Shown here piece by piece: positions 25,065 through 37,550 of a stretch of 64,000 bases of DNA. The notes beneath the pieces were generated by a model. The model saw nothing but the letters and a program-made list of their open reading frames with translations. It did not search any database and was not told the origin of the DNA. The number at the start of each line of letters is the position of its first letter. Position 1 is the stretch's first letter. This stretch comes from Eledone cirrhosa (lineage: Eukaryota): the NCBI GenBank assembly GCA_964016885.1, contig OZ024744.1, positions 81,220,001-81,284,000 of the forward strand. The letters are read 5' to 3'. The translations under genes were made by a program, and so were the position numbers.

Positions 25065-25473
25065 CAGAGTATGTCTCCACCTTACGAACCCCTGCAGACA
25101 CGAACAGTCTTATGGAGAAAAAATATTTTTGTCAGAGTTTGAAATTCAGCTCTTTCAGGTCCTGGGTTCCTCTTTTGCGTCATAAAATCAAACTGGAATC
25201 GTACTTACAGTATGGGATACCATTCAGCTTTCACAGAATTGAAAAGGCACTTTACGGTATCTAAATTCATTATTACATGTTATATATACCTCTATATACT
25301 GTATATCATCATCATCATCATATATATATATCACTCACATGGAAACCTGCAGTATCAATGTAACATATATGGGCTTACTGGTACGTACTGTGTTAGACAA
25401 TCAACTTATGAACAAATCAACTAACGAACAGCCTCTTGGACAGTAATTTGTTCGAAAGTTGGGGACTTACTGT
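25065..25473. mobile_element. Tigger/pogo-like non-autonomous element
   Basis: 3' terminus gttcgaaagttggggacttactg-ta, with a degenerate partner cagagtatgtctccaccttacgaac. Confidence 0.45.
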
Positions 25474-25857
25474 ATACACTATGAAACAGGTTATGGTTTG
25501 TACAGAAGAAAAAATATAATATACAAGAATATATAATATACACAAAAGCAGTTTTAAAAATATGAATCACTTTTAACTTAGGGAAAAAAAACGATGGTTC
25601 AGTTAGCCAGCAGGTGGAGTATTCCATTTTTCTTTTTGTCCTCATTTAGTTTGAGCTTCAACTGTTTGGTCAAGGAATGTTGTATACTAAACAGCTTCCT
25701 TATTTGCTGACACCAGGGATTTCATGAAGTACTGTTTATTAAGAGTTACTGGTAGGGTGGTCAAGATGTGACTTGGTGTTTATCTTAACCCTGGCAAGCA
25801 GGGAAGACGGACGTAAAATGATGATGATGATGATGATGATGATGTTATATCTAAGTA

Positions 25858-26380
25858 CCGTATATGCCGGTGTACAAGTCGACATTTGGAGCCTAAAATT
25901 ATCCCTCCAAAAGCAGGGTTCAGCTTGTCTGCTGAATATTAAATGTGAACCTTTACCACTGAGGGGTAAACAGTGAAACTGCCTTCCTAACACTTGTTGT
26001 ACACCACTTACCATAAATCTGGTAGCTCATCACAATTATTTCCTACTGAATCTCATATTTGTTAAGTCTATTTAACGTAGAGATTATAATAATAACAATG
26101 ACTTGCCATAGCTCATAGGATAGGTTATCATAGGTTCGTTAAGGTTAGGTTAGTTTACTCAGTGAGTTAGAATTCAATTGTGACTGAAGTGTTTTAGAAG
26201 TGTCTTAGCCTTTAGCGCACCACTAAATATTTTTAATTATTTCGCCTCAAACTGCCTTATTTTTTTTTGGGGGGGGGGGGGGTATATTATCCAGCTAATA
26301 CAGGCCTAAACCTGAATTACACCTGAGAATTTTAGGGGTCGACCTATGCGCTGGATCAACTTGTACACTGGCATATATGG
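25858..26380. mobile_element. Tc1/mariner-superfamily MITE (TA-CCGTA termini)
   Basis: ta-ccgtatatgccggtgtacaagtcga ... tcaacttgtacactggcatatatgg-ta; decayed relatives at ~11985-12198 and ~49103-49372. Confidence 0.75.
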
Positions 26381-26599
26381 TAATTAAATTTAATTAGTCT
26401 TGCAATTGGCCACCACCAAGAGATTTCCAGTAACTTTTGGTCACAAATTATTCCTCTGTTGGAATTGATAGTTGTGTTTGCTTTAATGCGAATGTATTTC
26501 TATGAAATATATACATATACACCAGGTCCAAACTCAAAAGAACAAAACTCCCACTGTCACTACCTCCGTCTCTCTCGCTCTCCCCATCTCTCTCTATTA

Positions 26600-26830
26600 T
26601 AAGCAAATGGGGGCCCATGTGCTGGCTGCCCCACAGCCATGGCAGACAGAATAGAGAAGGTGTTTTCCTGGAGGATGGTGAGGGAGATGCACTGGAAGAG
26701 CCATTCCAGCTCGTGAGGCTCATACCTGCAGGTAGCCACCTCTGTGATGAAGGTGATTAGTACAGAGGTGGCCCTAGGGCCAAGGGCACTAGAAGTCTCC
26801 ACAAACCTGTTGGAGAGCGACCAGTATTTT
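26600..26830 (-). mobile_element. CRE-like (restriction-like endonuclease) non-LTR element C-terminal remnant
   Basis: KYWSL...VETSSALGPRATSVL...EWLFQCISLTILQENTFSIL resembles KY..VETxGxxGPxA..FQRLSxxxQRGNAxxIL. Confidence 0.6.
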
Positions 26831-27432
26831 GTTGGCAATAAAAAAAATTCTGCTTTTTTTCCCCACCACATAGTTTTATCTTGTTGCATGTAAATACAGT
26901 AAAATGGATTGGTTTCCCATGATAAGCCAACTTACACCAAAGATAGTTTATTAGATTTTGTTTGTTTGTCCTTTTCTTAATTAATGTAAGGTTCTTAAAC
27001 CTTTGGTCAAGATAATCACAAGATAAACAGAGTAGTCACAGAACTTCAAGGATGTTGGGGTGTCATTTCATTCCATACTTCAAATAGCCACTTGTCAACT
27101 TAATAATTATAAAGATAGATAGAATAGGTTAATATGAACCCTGTTGCAGTTTACTTGTAGAGATTATAACAATGACAATGTAGTTTTATTGTGTGAGAAT
27201 ACTGACAAGAATACCGAGCTCATCTGTTTAGATAAGGCTTCTTGATCATACATGCACAATGTATACAATAAACAAACATCACCAAATCAAGGACTTCAAC
27301 TTGAGACAGATGATTTCTCTGTTTCTGCTTTCTTATTTACTATTCAGCTTAAAATAAAAAATATAAATTTTCAAACATTGTTTAGAATATTCTTGTAAGG
27401 AAGAAGATATTTGTTGTGTTATAAAAGATTAA

Positions 27433-27879
27433 CCCTTTTGTTACCATATTTCTAATGAAATGTTTTGTATTTTAATTAATTAATTAATGAAGAATTTTGA
27501 AAGGATTTACAGAAATCATAATTTCATTAACTCTTTAGCATTTAAACTGGCCGTATCCGGCCAGAATTCTTCCACCTCTTTCTGTAACCGGCCACTTATA
27601 CTGATGTTAAGGTATTGTTCTCAAAATAAATAATATCAAAAGCTCATAGATTTGATATTATGTGAGATAATTGTGTGAGGTAAAGCCTTTACCATGAAAA
27701 TATAATAGCAAGTAAATATAAAGTAATATAAATGGTATTTGTAACATAAAATGTTCTTATATAGAATTATGTTGTTAGGTTTTCCTTTAAGCAGGAACCC
27801 TTTAAAATGAGTCGGGTTTTTTTTTTATTTCATAAAAACAAGAGGCGAGGCAGTTTGGGGCAGGTAGGTATCAAAAGGG
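27433..27879. mobile_element. TTAA-flanked MITE family B with a nested family A copy
   Basis: TTAA-CCCTTTTGTTACC...GGTATCAAAAGGG-TTAA. Relatives at ~17669-17877, 40449-40672 and 46228-46422. Confidence 0.75.
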
Positions 27880-28073
27880 TTAAAGTTTTGTAGATAGTTG
27901 TCATATCAGTTGTTACTTCTTGAAACAAATGCACTGAGTTAGGTTGAACATTCAGTTTATACAAGATTTCTCATTTCAAAAACTGCCTGATCTGATTAAG
28001 ATCATATTTTCGAGTAACTTGACGAGGTTAAAAAGTATATATTTAATATATCTTTCTCTTTCCCATAATATAT

Positions 28074-28733
28074 TTCACTATATTCATTGTTAATTCTAAC
28101 CTTGCTGACTGTATCTTTATACATGGCTTGTATAGCTCTCACAAGCCATTCATCTACTCCTAATTTTCTAAGGGCCTACCAGATAATGGAGCGTGGGACT
28201 CTGTCAAAGGCTTTCTCCAAGTCAACAAAAGCTAAGTAGAGGGATTTACTTTTAGCTAGGTACTTCTCCTGTAGTTGTTGTACAAGGAAAAGAGCATCTG
28301 TGGTACTTTTACCTGACACAAACCCAAACTGTATTTCATCTAGATCAATTCGATCTCTGATTAATATATATATATATCATCATCATCATCGTTTAGCGTG
28401 GAAGATGGACGTTAAACGATGATGATGATGATGATATATATATTAATCAGAGATCGAATTGATCTAGATGAAATACAGTTTGGGTTTGTGTCAGGTAAAA
28501 GTACCACAGATACTCTTTTCCTTGTACAACAACTACAGGAGAAGTACCTAGCTAAAAGTAAATCCCTCTACTTAGCTTTTGTTGACTTGGAGAAAGCCTT
28601 TGACAGAGTCCCACGCTCCATTATCTGGTAAGCCCTTAGAAAATTAGGAGTAGATGAATGGCTTGTGAGAGCTATACAAGCCATGTATAAAGATACAGTC
28701 AGCAAGGTTAAAATTAACAATGAATATAGTGAA
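28074..28733. repeat. Near-perfect inverted duplication (~320-bp arms) of RTE RT sequence
   Basis: 28074-28395 is the reverse complement of 28412-28733, with three substitutions in the RT part and microsatellite length differences; spacer ~16 nt. Confidence 0.92.
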
Positions 28734-30170
28734 GAATTTAGCGTAAAAGTTGGTGTTCATTGAGGCTCTGTCCTTAGCCACCTCCTTTTTATTATTGCCC
28801 TTCAGGCTATAACTGAAGAGTTTAAGACTGGCTGCCCATGGGAACTTCTATATGCAGATGATCTAACTCTCATAGTTGAATCTATGGCTGAACTAGAGAA
28901 GAAGTTCCAAACATGGAAGCAAGGCCTAGAATCAAAAAGCCTTAAAGTTAACTTGTCTAAGACTAAAGTTCTAGTATATAGAAAGGAAAATAGGGCACAG
29001 GTACCCTCTGGGAAATGGCCATGCTCAGTGTGTAGGAGAGGAGTAGGTAAAAATTCCATTCTATGTCCCAAATGCAAACTATGGGTACATAAAAGATGTA
29101 GTGGGATCACAAGCAAGCTATCTAAGAACGTAGATTTTATGTGGCCGACTCTCAGGTGTAATAAGTAGCAAGTGTCCACAGGATACTAGCTCCTTCTATT
29201 GCCCAGATGGTTCTATAGAAATAATGGACACTTTCCGTTATCTGAGTGACAAAACCAGCAGTGGTGGAGGGTGCTCTCAAAGTACAGTAGCCAGAGTCAG
29301 AACGGGATGGAAAAAGTTCAGAGAGCTTATACCACTATTGGCTGCTAAAGGTTTTTTCTTCCTAAAAATGAAAGGCAGGCTGTATGATGCCTGCATACGA
29401 ACAGCAATGTTACATGGCAGTGAGATATAGGCATTGTGTGCAGAGGATCTGCGCAGACTGGAGAGGAACGAAGCTTGCATGCTCCGTTGGATGTGTAATA
29501 ATAATATACACGAACGGCAAAACATAAATGAACTAAGTGAGAAATTAGGAATAAGAGGGATCAGATGTTGTTTACTTGAGAGAAGACTATGTTGGTATGG
29601 TCACGTGATGCACATGAAAGACGACAGCTGTATAAAAAAGTGCAGGGCGATCAAAATTGATGGAAGTTACAGAGTAGATAAATCCAGAAAAATCTGGGAC
29701 AACGTGATAAATTCCGACCTTTAACACTTATACCTCTCTAAGACAATGTCACTGGACCGAGATCTTTGGCGCCACCCAGTAATACAGAAGACCCGCCTTC
29801 CCTACGTGCAAAGTTAACCTACAGTCAGTAGGCCCCTCCAAACCAAATATATACCCCAACCCACTACCCCTACTCCATCCTTTCTCTATAAAGTTATGTT
29901 GGCACCACAACATCCAGTCCTAAATAAATGAGGTCACAACGAAAAAAACAGACAGTCCACGCTGTAATGTGGCCGTGTAGGTAACCCGGTAAAAAGCTCC
30001 CAGTCCACACTGTAAATGTTAGGAAGGGCATCCAGCCATAGAAAACCTGCCAGATAGTCCTATACTAGTGAGACATGGTCACCTGACCAATCTTGCCTCA
30101 AGTGGCACAATTCCCGTCTAACCCATGCTAGCATGGAAGATAGACGTTAAACGATGATGATGATGATGAT
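28443..30170 (+). mobile_element. RTE LINE, 5'-truncated, with full 3' tail
   Basis: FVDLEKAFDRVP, LYADDL, GKWPCSVCRRGVGKNSILCPKCKLWVHKRCSG, WYGHVMHM, (ATG)n. Confidence 0.92.
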
Positions 30171-30265
30171 ATATACTGAAGTAAAAGTTAAGTGGAAATA
30201 TCCAAGAGTAAGAACACTCAGTCCATAGGACGAGTTTAGCATAAATAATTACAACAGTGACATAA

Positions 30266-30315
30266 ACAGGCACTCAAGTTTCGTTGGGTTCTGGGTCCCA
30301 ATTCGTTCAGCCTGT
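30266..30315 (-). ncRNA. Degenerate type I hammerhead motif in a fold-back element (~30172-30360)
   Basis: acagg CTGAacGA attggg...cccaac GAAA c ttga g TG cctgt. The inverted arm (30320-30359) keeps GAAACTTGAGTA-cctgt. Confidence 0.6.
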
Positions 30316-30804
30316 CATGACGAAACTTGAGTACCTGTTTATGCCACTGTTGTAATTATATATATATATGGGATACAATAATTACATCTAATGAAAGAGA
30401 AAAATGTGTTAATGCTACACACAAATACTCAAATACTCACAATCAAAGGAAATTTAGGAATAGACCAATTTTACCTACTGTGATACTTAATGTTACAAAT
30501 ATGAATTGGTGAATGTCATATCAGTATAATAGTTGACTTATTAGTTAATTGGTGTTTGGAGTTTCCATTTATATCTGATGTTGAAATTAGGGTATTGGAA
30601 TTTAGCTCTTATTTAATCCTATTTGTTTTTACTTTTATCATTGAAGCACAGTTATTTGTATGGCTTTATACAGAGCAGGCCATAATTAGCTTACTGCTAA
30701 GAAATGCGAATAATAATAATAACAACAACAACAACAACAATAATAATAATAATAATGATGATGATGATGATTTCATTTATTTGCCACATGGGCTGATGAT
30801 AATA

Positions 30805-30987
30805 ATAATTGTTTCTACTTTTTGGCACAAGGCCAGCAATTACTCAGTGTATTACTGGTACTTTATTTTATCGACCCTGTAAGGATGAAAGGAAAGTTAA
30901 CCTCGGCGGGATTTGAACTCAGATCATAAAGGGACGTAACTCTATGCTTCAAAGCATGGTGTCCGACTCTCTACCGATACTGCCAAT
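30805..30987 (-). mobile_element. MetaSINE-like tRNA SINE
   Basis: Reverse complement of the 31344-31533 element. Further copies at ~4420-4580, 33910-34330 (two), 34515-34702, 37555-37768, 40060-40410 (two), 44230-44640 (two), 52220-52390 and 59141-59330. Confidence 0.8.
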
Positions 30988-31343
30988 AATAATAATAAAA
31001 GAAAAGAAACTATAGTGATATTGAAACCAAACAACCTTAAACTGCCCCCGTTTTTATGATATATACTGTTTGTTTCTTTCATCATAATCTTATTTAAAAA
31101 CCTGTTCCTAACAGCAGCTTAATTGTGAGAAAGTTAGCTATATTACTAAATCACTCCAAAGTCTTGATTTTTTTTTACAAATGATTAGAAAATCATAGGC
31201 AGAATCTTTCATTAGAAATACACTAACAAAACAGTTAACCCGTCAGCATTCACTTTACTCTATATTTATTATTATATTTTCATGGTAAAGGCTTTACCTC
31301 ACATCATATCGAATCTATGAGATTTTGATATTATTTATTTTGA

Positions 31344-31533
31344 GGGCGGTAGATTGGCAGTATCGGTAGAGGGTCGGACGCTATGCTTTCCAGCATAGTT
31401 ACGTCCCTTTACGATCTGAGTTCAAATCCCGCCGAGGTTGACTTTGCCTTTCATCCTTACGGGGTCGATAAAATAAAGTACCAGTAATGAACTGGGTAAT
31501 TGCTGGCCTTGTGCCTAAAGTAGAAACAATTAT
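31344..31533 (+). mobile_element. MetaSINE-like SINE inserted into a family A MITE
   Basis: A box TGGCAGTATCGG, B box GAGTTCAAATCC, Meta-like core; flanking direct repeat attatttat(t/a)ttgaggg; MITE sequence on both sides. Confidence 0.85.
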
Positions 31534-31662
31534 TTATATTGAGGGTTGATTATGGGCGATTTAATGAGAAAGAGGTGAGAGAATTCTGGCCAGATACGGC
31601 TGGTTTAAATGCTGAAGTGTTAGACCTTATTTTGAAAGTAATAAATAGATTTATTTATTTAA

Positions 31663-31842
31663 GTCTACGGCCATATCATGCTGAAAACAGCAGCTCTCAT
31701 TTGATCACCAAAGTTAAGCAACATCAAGCCTAGTTAGTACTTAGATGGGTGACCACTCGGGAAATTTAGGTGCTGTAAGCATCTAATGATGGTGCCCCTG
31801 CATGGCCTCATCCTTTCGGCTGAAACACGTAATAGAGTAATA
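31663..31842 (+). mobile_element. 5S rRNA-derived sequence with a SINE-type 3' tail (SINE3-like or 5S pseudogene)
   Basis: gtctacggccatatcatgctgaaa...aagttaagcaa...gttagtacttagatgggtgacc...gggaa...ggtgctgtaagc (~120 nt; A and C boxes), followed by ggtgcccctgcatggcc...ggctgaaacacgtaatagagtaa instead of an oligo-T terminator. Confidence 0.8.
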
Positions 31843-34800
31843 TCTACATTAAATGTTCGAAATGCTGTCGATATGGCAAGCACAACATAATGTAGTTATC
31901 ATGTTTCTTTATAATAAATAAGCTAATTATAGCCCAATCAGCTGTTTTAACCTCTTCCAGTATTCTTTTATTTTCATTATTGTCATCCAACTCTTCTTTC
32001 TAGTCTCCAAACAAATTTAAAGGATTAGGATGGATCAGACCTCCATTGTTTTTCACGATGAGTGCACCAGTTGATCAACCAACAGAACAGGATGCTTGTG
32101 AAAAATGTGTGTAAGTGGCTGAAAATTCCACATACTTGTGTGCCCTTAAACTTTTAGCATTTAAACTGGCCGCATCCAGCCAGATTTCTCTCACCTCTTT
32201 CTGTGCTAACTGGCTACTCATACTGATGTTAAGGTATTGTTCCCCAAATAAATAATATCACAATCTCATAGATTCGATATTATGTGAGGTAAAGCCTTTA
32301 CCACGAAAATACAGAATAATGTAAATGCTAAAGGATTAAAATAATTCTTAGTGAGATTCAGTATGTCACATGTGATAAGGCTGGACCTGTGAAATACAAG
32401 TAGAGTCCATCAAACAAGCTTCCAAACAGTTTCTACTGACACAATTTTACTCAAGGCATGGTGGATCAAGTCAAGACAATAGTGCGAACACTTGCCCAAG
32501 ATACCACCACCCAGTGGGATCAAACATGAAATGTTTTGATTACAAAATGAACTTTTTAACCATCTAGCCAGGTTGAGTGCCGTTTAACCCTTCAGCATTT
32601 ACATTCCTCTATATATACTATTATATTTTCATGAGAAAGGTTTTACCTCACATAATTATCTCACATAATATCGAATCTATGAGATTTTGATATTTATTTT
32701 GAGAACAATATCTTAACATCAGTATGAGTAGCTGGTTACAGCCAGTTTAAACAGAAAGAAGTGAGAGAATTCTGGCCGGATACAGCCAGTTTAAATGCTA
32801 AAGGTTTAAAGGATTATTAAAATACAAAACATCTTAAGATTCCAAATACAAGTTCATTGTGTGAGCTTCTGATCAGCACAATATATATTCCACATTTATT
32901 CTTTTTCAATAATGGTGAAAACAACAACAACAACAACAACAACAACACAATGCTCAATGAGATTATAACAATAAACAGTCTTCATCTTAAGAGTAAAATA
33001 TTTCAGAGACGGAAAATATATGTAAATGAAATATCAAGAAAATTAATGAATATGATTAATCATTGATTGTTTCACCTAATTGTAGTAGTACATTTACATA
33101 AATTTAAAACTTGTTACTCCACTACAATGTAAACTATCTATCTATTACATTAAAGTTGGAGTATCTGTGGTGTAAAAAGTCTGTTTGTCATGCTGTGGAA
33201 AGAAGGGGGTAAGTGTGTGCATATGTGTATAGGAGAGGGAGTGATGGGAATGACAGTTGAGGCAACTGCAGTGCTGAAGAATTTTTTTCAACTTACATCT
33301 TTGAGAGAGAGAGAGAGTGTGAGGACATTTTCTAAATCTATGCTGTACGAAAAATATTGCTTATGCCGAAATTATGATTAAAATATTCTATTTTTGGTAG
33401 TTACAGTACAGTCTTGTTAAATTTATTTGGTATATTTTGTTGTGTTGTATATATGTAATTAAGTACTGCATATATATTATTTATGTGTATATATATTTAA
33501 AATACCATACAAAATCTTTAATATTTAGTAGTTGTTTCTAATTAAACCATGGACTGTCCATAGTGTCAGCTAGTTTGAACTAATTTGAAAATCTAATTCC
33601 TCAAAATGAACAAAGTCTTGTTTGTACAAACACATTCTTGAATTCCGGACAGATTAAATATCAATTTACTTTTTATATCAATCTGTTTAATATCAATCTG
33701 TTGCCAAACCAATGGCAAAATTATGAAAAGAATAATGACTTTATATTTGAAAATCAAATAATGATAAATTCTAAATAAAAAAAAAAGAATTATATGGTAC
33801 TATTACTACCAGATGTTTTATGAAAGAATAGAACACTTTGAAACTGCTTATTCTATATGACCTATTGTCACAATAAGAAAACATATGAGTTCATTTTAAT
33901 AATACTAATAATAATTGTTCCTACTTTAGGCACAAGGACAGTAATTTGGAGAGAGAGGAAAGTCGATTGAATCGGCCCCATTGCATTACTGGTACTTTAT
34001 TTTATTGACCCTGTAAGGATGAAAAGCAAAGCTAACCTCGATGGGATTTGAACTCAGAACGTAAAGGTCCACAACTTTATGCTACAAAGCATGGTGTCTA
34101 ACACTCTACCGATACTGCCAATCCACCACCCTGGACATTGTAATAATTGTTTCTACTTTTGGCACAAGGCTAGCAATTACCCTGTGTATTACTGGTACTT
34201 TATTTTATCGACCCCGTAAGCATGAAAGGCAAAGTTAACCTCGGCGGGATTTTAACTCAGATCATAAAGGGGTGTAACTCTATGCTTCAAAGCATGGTGT
34301 CCGACTCTCTACCGATACTGCCAATCCACAATAATAATATTAACTCCTAACTGCAAATAAAAACTATATTCAACAAATATATTCTGTCTCTCTTATCACA
34401 TCTTGTTTTTATGTCTGCTTTTCTATGTTGGCATGGGTTTGATAAAACATTTTGAGGCAGTCTATGCATGGAAACCTTTCTTGACACCAACCCATACATT
34501 AATATTTTTAAGTGTGGTTTGGCAGTATTGGTAGAGCATCATCAGACACCATGCTTTGCAGCATAGAATTATGGCCCTTTACGTTCTGAGTACAAATCCC
34601 GCCGAGGTTAACTTTGCCTTTCATCCTTACAGGGTCAATAAAATAAAGCACCAGTAATGCACTGGGATAATTGTTGGCCTTGAACCAAAAATAGAAACAA
34701 TATTTTTAAGTGTGGTATATAAAACTGAAGTTTGACAAACCACTAAGCTGCAGTACATACATAAACACCACCACTTGCTTTTTCTAGCTGACAAACACTC

Positions 34801-35427
34801 ACATGTGCACAAAGAAAGTAACGATGTTTTTCACACATTTGTTTAAATTTTTACAGAGAAGTTTATGAACTTTAGAGCACAAGGCAACCTCACCAGTGCT
34901 GGTGCAATAACAAAATGCACCCCAAAAGCCAAGACTTTTTAATGGAATCTAGTGGAATTTTATAAAGATCTGAAAATGCCCACTTCATAAAATGGTAGTA
35001 CTGGTTTCACAATAAAATACACTCAGCCTATAATGTAAAGTGATAGCACTGGTGCCTTGATAAAAGCACCCAGCCCTCTCTGTAAAGTGGTTGTGCTGAT
35101 GTCACAATAAAATACTCTGTAAAGTAGTTGTGCTGATGTCACAAAGAAATACTCCCAGCCCACACTGCAAAGTGGTTGTGTTGATGTCAATAAAATACTA
35201 TCAGCCTCACTCTGCTGGGAATCTCTCTCACACCAAATAAAAAAGCTGTGAAAGAGATGTGAACAAAATGAAAACAGGCACAGCATATCTCCTAACTATT
35301 TGTAGATTAGATCCACATATGCACAACTGCTTAAGTGTCTACAGATAACCCCCTTTGACACCAACCTGCTTGAAACCAACAAAATGGTTTGTTAGTATTC
35401 CTATTTATCTAAGAACCCTCTGACATA

Positions 35428-37550
35428 GTTGTGGAGGAGAGTGACTTGGTGGTGGAACAATAATGTAGATGGGGCAATTAAGGCTAAGAGACACGCATGG
35501 AAAGAATGGAAGAAGGGGGGAAGCAGGGTACATTACATAGAGACCAGGAGGGAAGCTAAGCAACAAGTATACTTAGCTAGGAGGGAAGCAGAGGATAGAA
35601 AATTCAAGCATGTTTCGCAGCGTGAGAACCAGAAACACGAAGTGTTCAGGATTGCGAGGTAGTGTGTTAAAGAGAATTGTGTCATTGGAGAGAAGTGTAT
35701 CCGGAATGATAAAGGTGAGCTTGCCCTCACAAGTGCTGAGAAGAAAGGTGCGTGGAAGAGCCATTATGAAAGATTACTAAATGAGGAGAATGCATTGGAG
35801 AAAGGGACCCTACCCCAAGTGGATCCTATAGAGGGACCAGCAGTACAAGTCAGCAGCAGCGTAGTAAGTAAGGCAATTAAAGATATGAAGACTAAGAAGG
35901 CAACCGGTCCATCGGGTATAGCTGCTGAGATGCTGAAGGCATCTGGGTCTGTAGGTCACACTATAACCACACGTATTGTTAACCAGGTAATACTAGAGGG
36001 TGTTATACCAAAAGATTGGTGCAGCAGCATCATTGTCAACTGCTACTAGGGTAAAGGTGATGCACTAGATAGAGGAAACTATAGAGGTATAAAGCTGATG
36101 CACCTGGTCATGAAAGTAACAGAAAGAGTTATATTACAGTTGATTAGGGACCAGGTAAAACTAGATGAGATGCAATTTGGGTTTGTGCCAGGAAAAGACA
36201 CCACTGATGCCCTCTTCCTTGTGAGACAGTTACAGGAAAAGTACCTAGCTAAAAGTAAGCCACTCTACCTGGCATTTGTCAATCTGGAAAAAGCCTTCGA
36301 CAGAGTGCCCCATGCTATAATCTGGTGGGCTCTCAGCAAACTGGGAGTAGATGAATGGCTTGTGAAAGCTGTACAAGCCATGTATAGGGGAGCAGTCAGC
36401 AAAATTAGGGTTAGCAATGGCTATAGCGAGAAATTTAGCATACAGGTCGGTGTCCACTAGGGCTCTGTTCTTATCCCTCTCCTGTTCATTATAGTAGTGC
36501 AGGCAATAACAGAGGAGTTTAAGACCGGATGCCCGTGGGAACTCCTATATGATCTCACACTTATAGCTGAATCTATGGTGGAACTAGAGAAGAAATTCCA
36601 AACATGGAAGCAGGGACTAGAAAGAAAGGGTCTCAAAGTCAACTTGACAAAGACTAAAGTCCTCATAAGTAGACAAGAAAAGAGAACCCAGATCCCCCCA
36701 GGGAAATGGCCTTGCTCAGTATGTAGGTAGCTATCCTCTGCACTAAATGTAAACAATGGGTACACAAGAGATGTAGTGGTATCTCCGGCAGCTGAGCTAA
36801 GAATGTAGGCTTTACATGAAGCAGCTGCGCCGTGACAGCAAGCAGCAAACGGCCACAGGAAACAAGTACCACCAAACTCTGGGAGGGCTCTGTAGACACT
36901 TTTTGCTACCTATGTGACTGAATTAACAGTGGAGTAGGGTGTTCGGAAAGTACAGTAACCAGGGTAAGAATGGTGAGGAAGAAGTTCAGGGAGCTACTGC
37001 CACTGCTAGCTGCAAAAGGCTTTCCCCTCAAAATGAAAGGCAGACTGTATGATGCGTGCATTCGAACAGCGATGCTACATGGTAGTGAGACTTGGGTGTG
37101 TTGTGTAGAAAACTTGCATAGATTAGAAAGAAACAAAGCTTGCATGCTCCGGTGGATGTGTAATAGTAATATACGTGAAAAGCAAAACAAACGAATTGAG
37201 AGAGAGACTGAGCATAAGAGGAATCAAATGCTGTGACACGCAGTAATACAGAAGACTCGACTTCCCTTGGCTACAAGCCAAAGCTGAAGCATATAGATAA
37301 TATCCCCCCCCCCCCCACACACACACACACTCACACTGTAGAGTGGACATGTAGACGCCACAGAAAATAAGCACCCAGCACTCACTGTAAATGAGGTTGG
37401 CACTAGGAAGGGCATCCAGCTGTAGAAATCAAGCCAGAATAAGTTATAGTATGAGCAAGACAAGGTCAGCCGACTGGACACTGCCCACAACAGGACAACC
37501 TGTCTAAACCATGCTAGCATGGAAGAACGGTCGCAAAACGTGATGATGAG
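35428..37550 (+). mobile_element. RTE LINE fragment (linker, RT, deleted 3' part, tail)
   Basis: TWWWNNNV, KATGPSGIAAEMLK, FVNLEKAFDRVP, CPWELLY, LHGSETW; stops and frameshifts present. Confidence 0.92.

Noticed and set aside
31663-31783. Functional 5S rRNA gene
   Set aside because: Diverged, solitary and without an oligo-T terminator.
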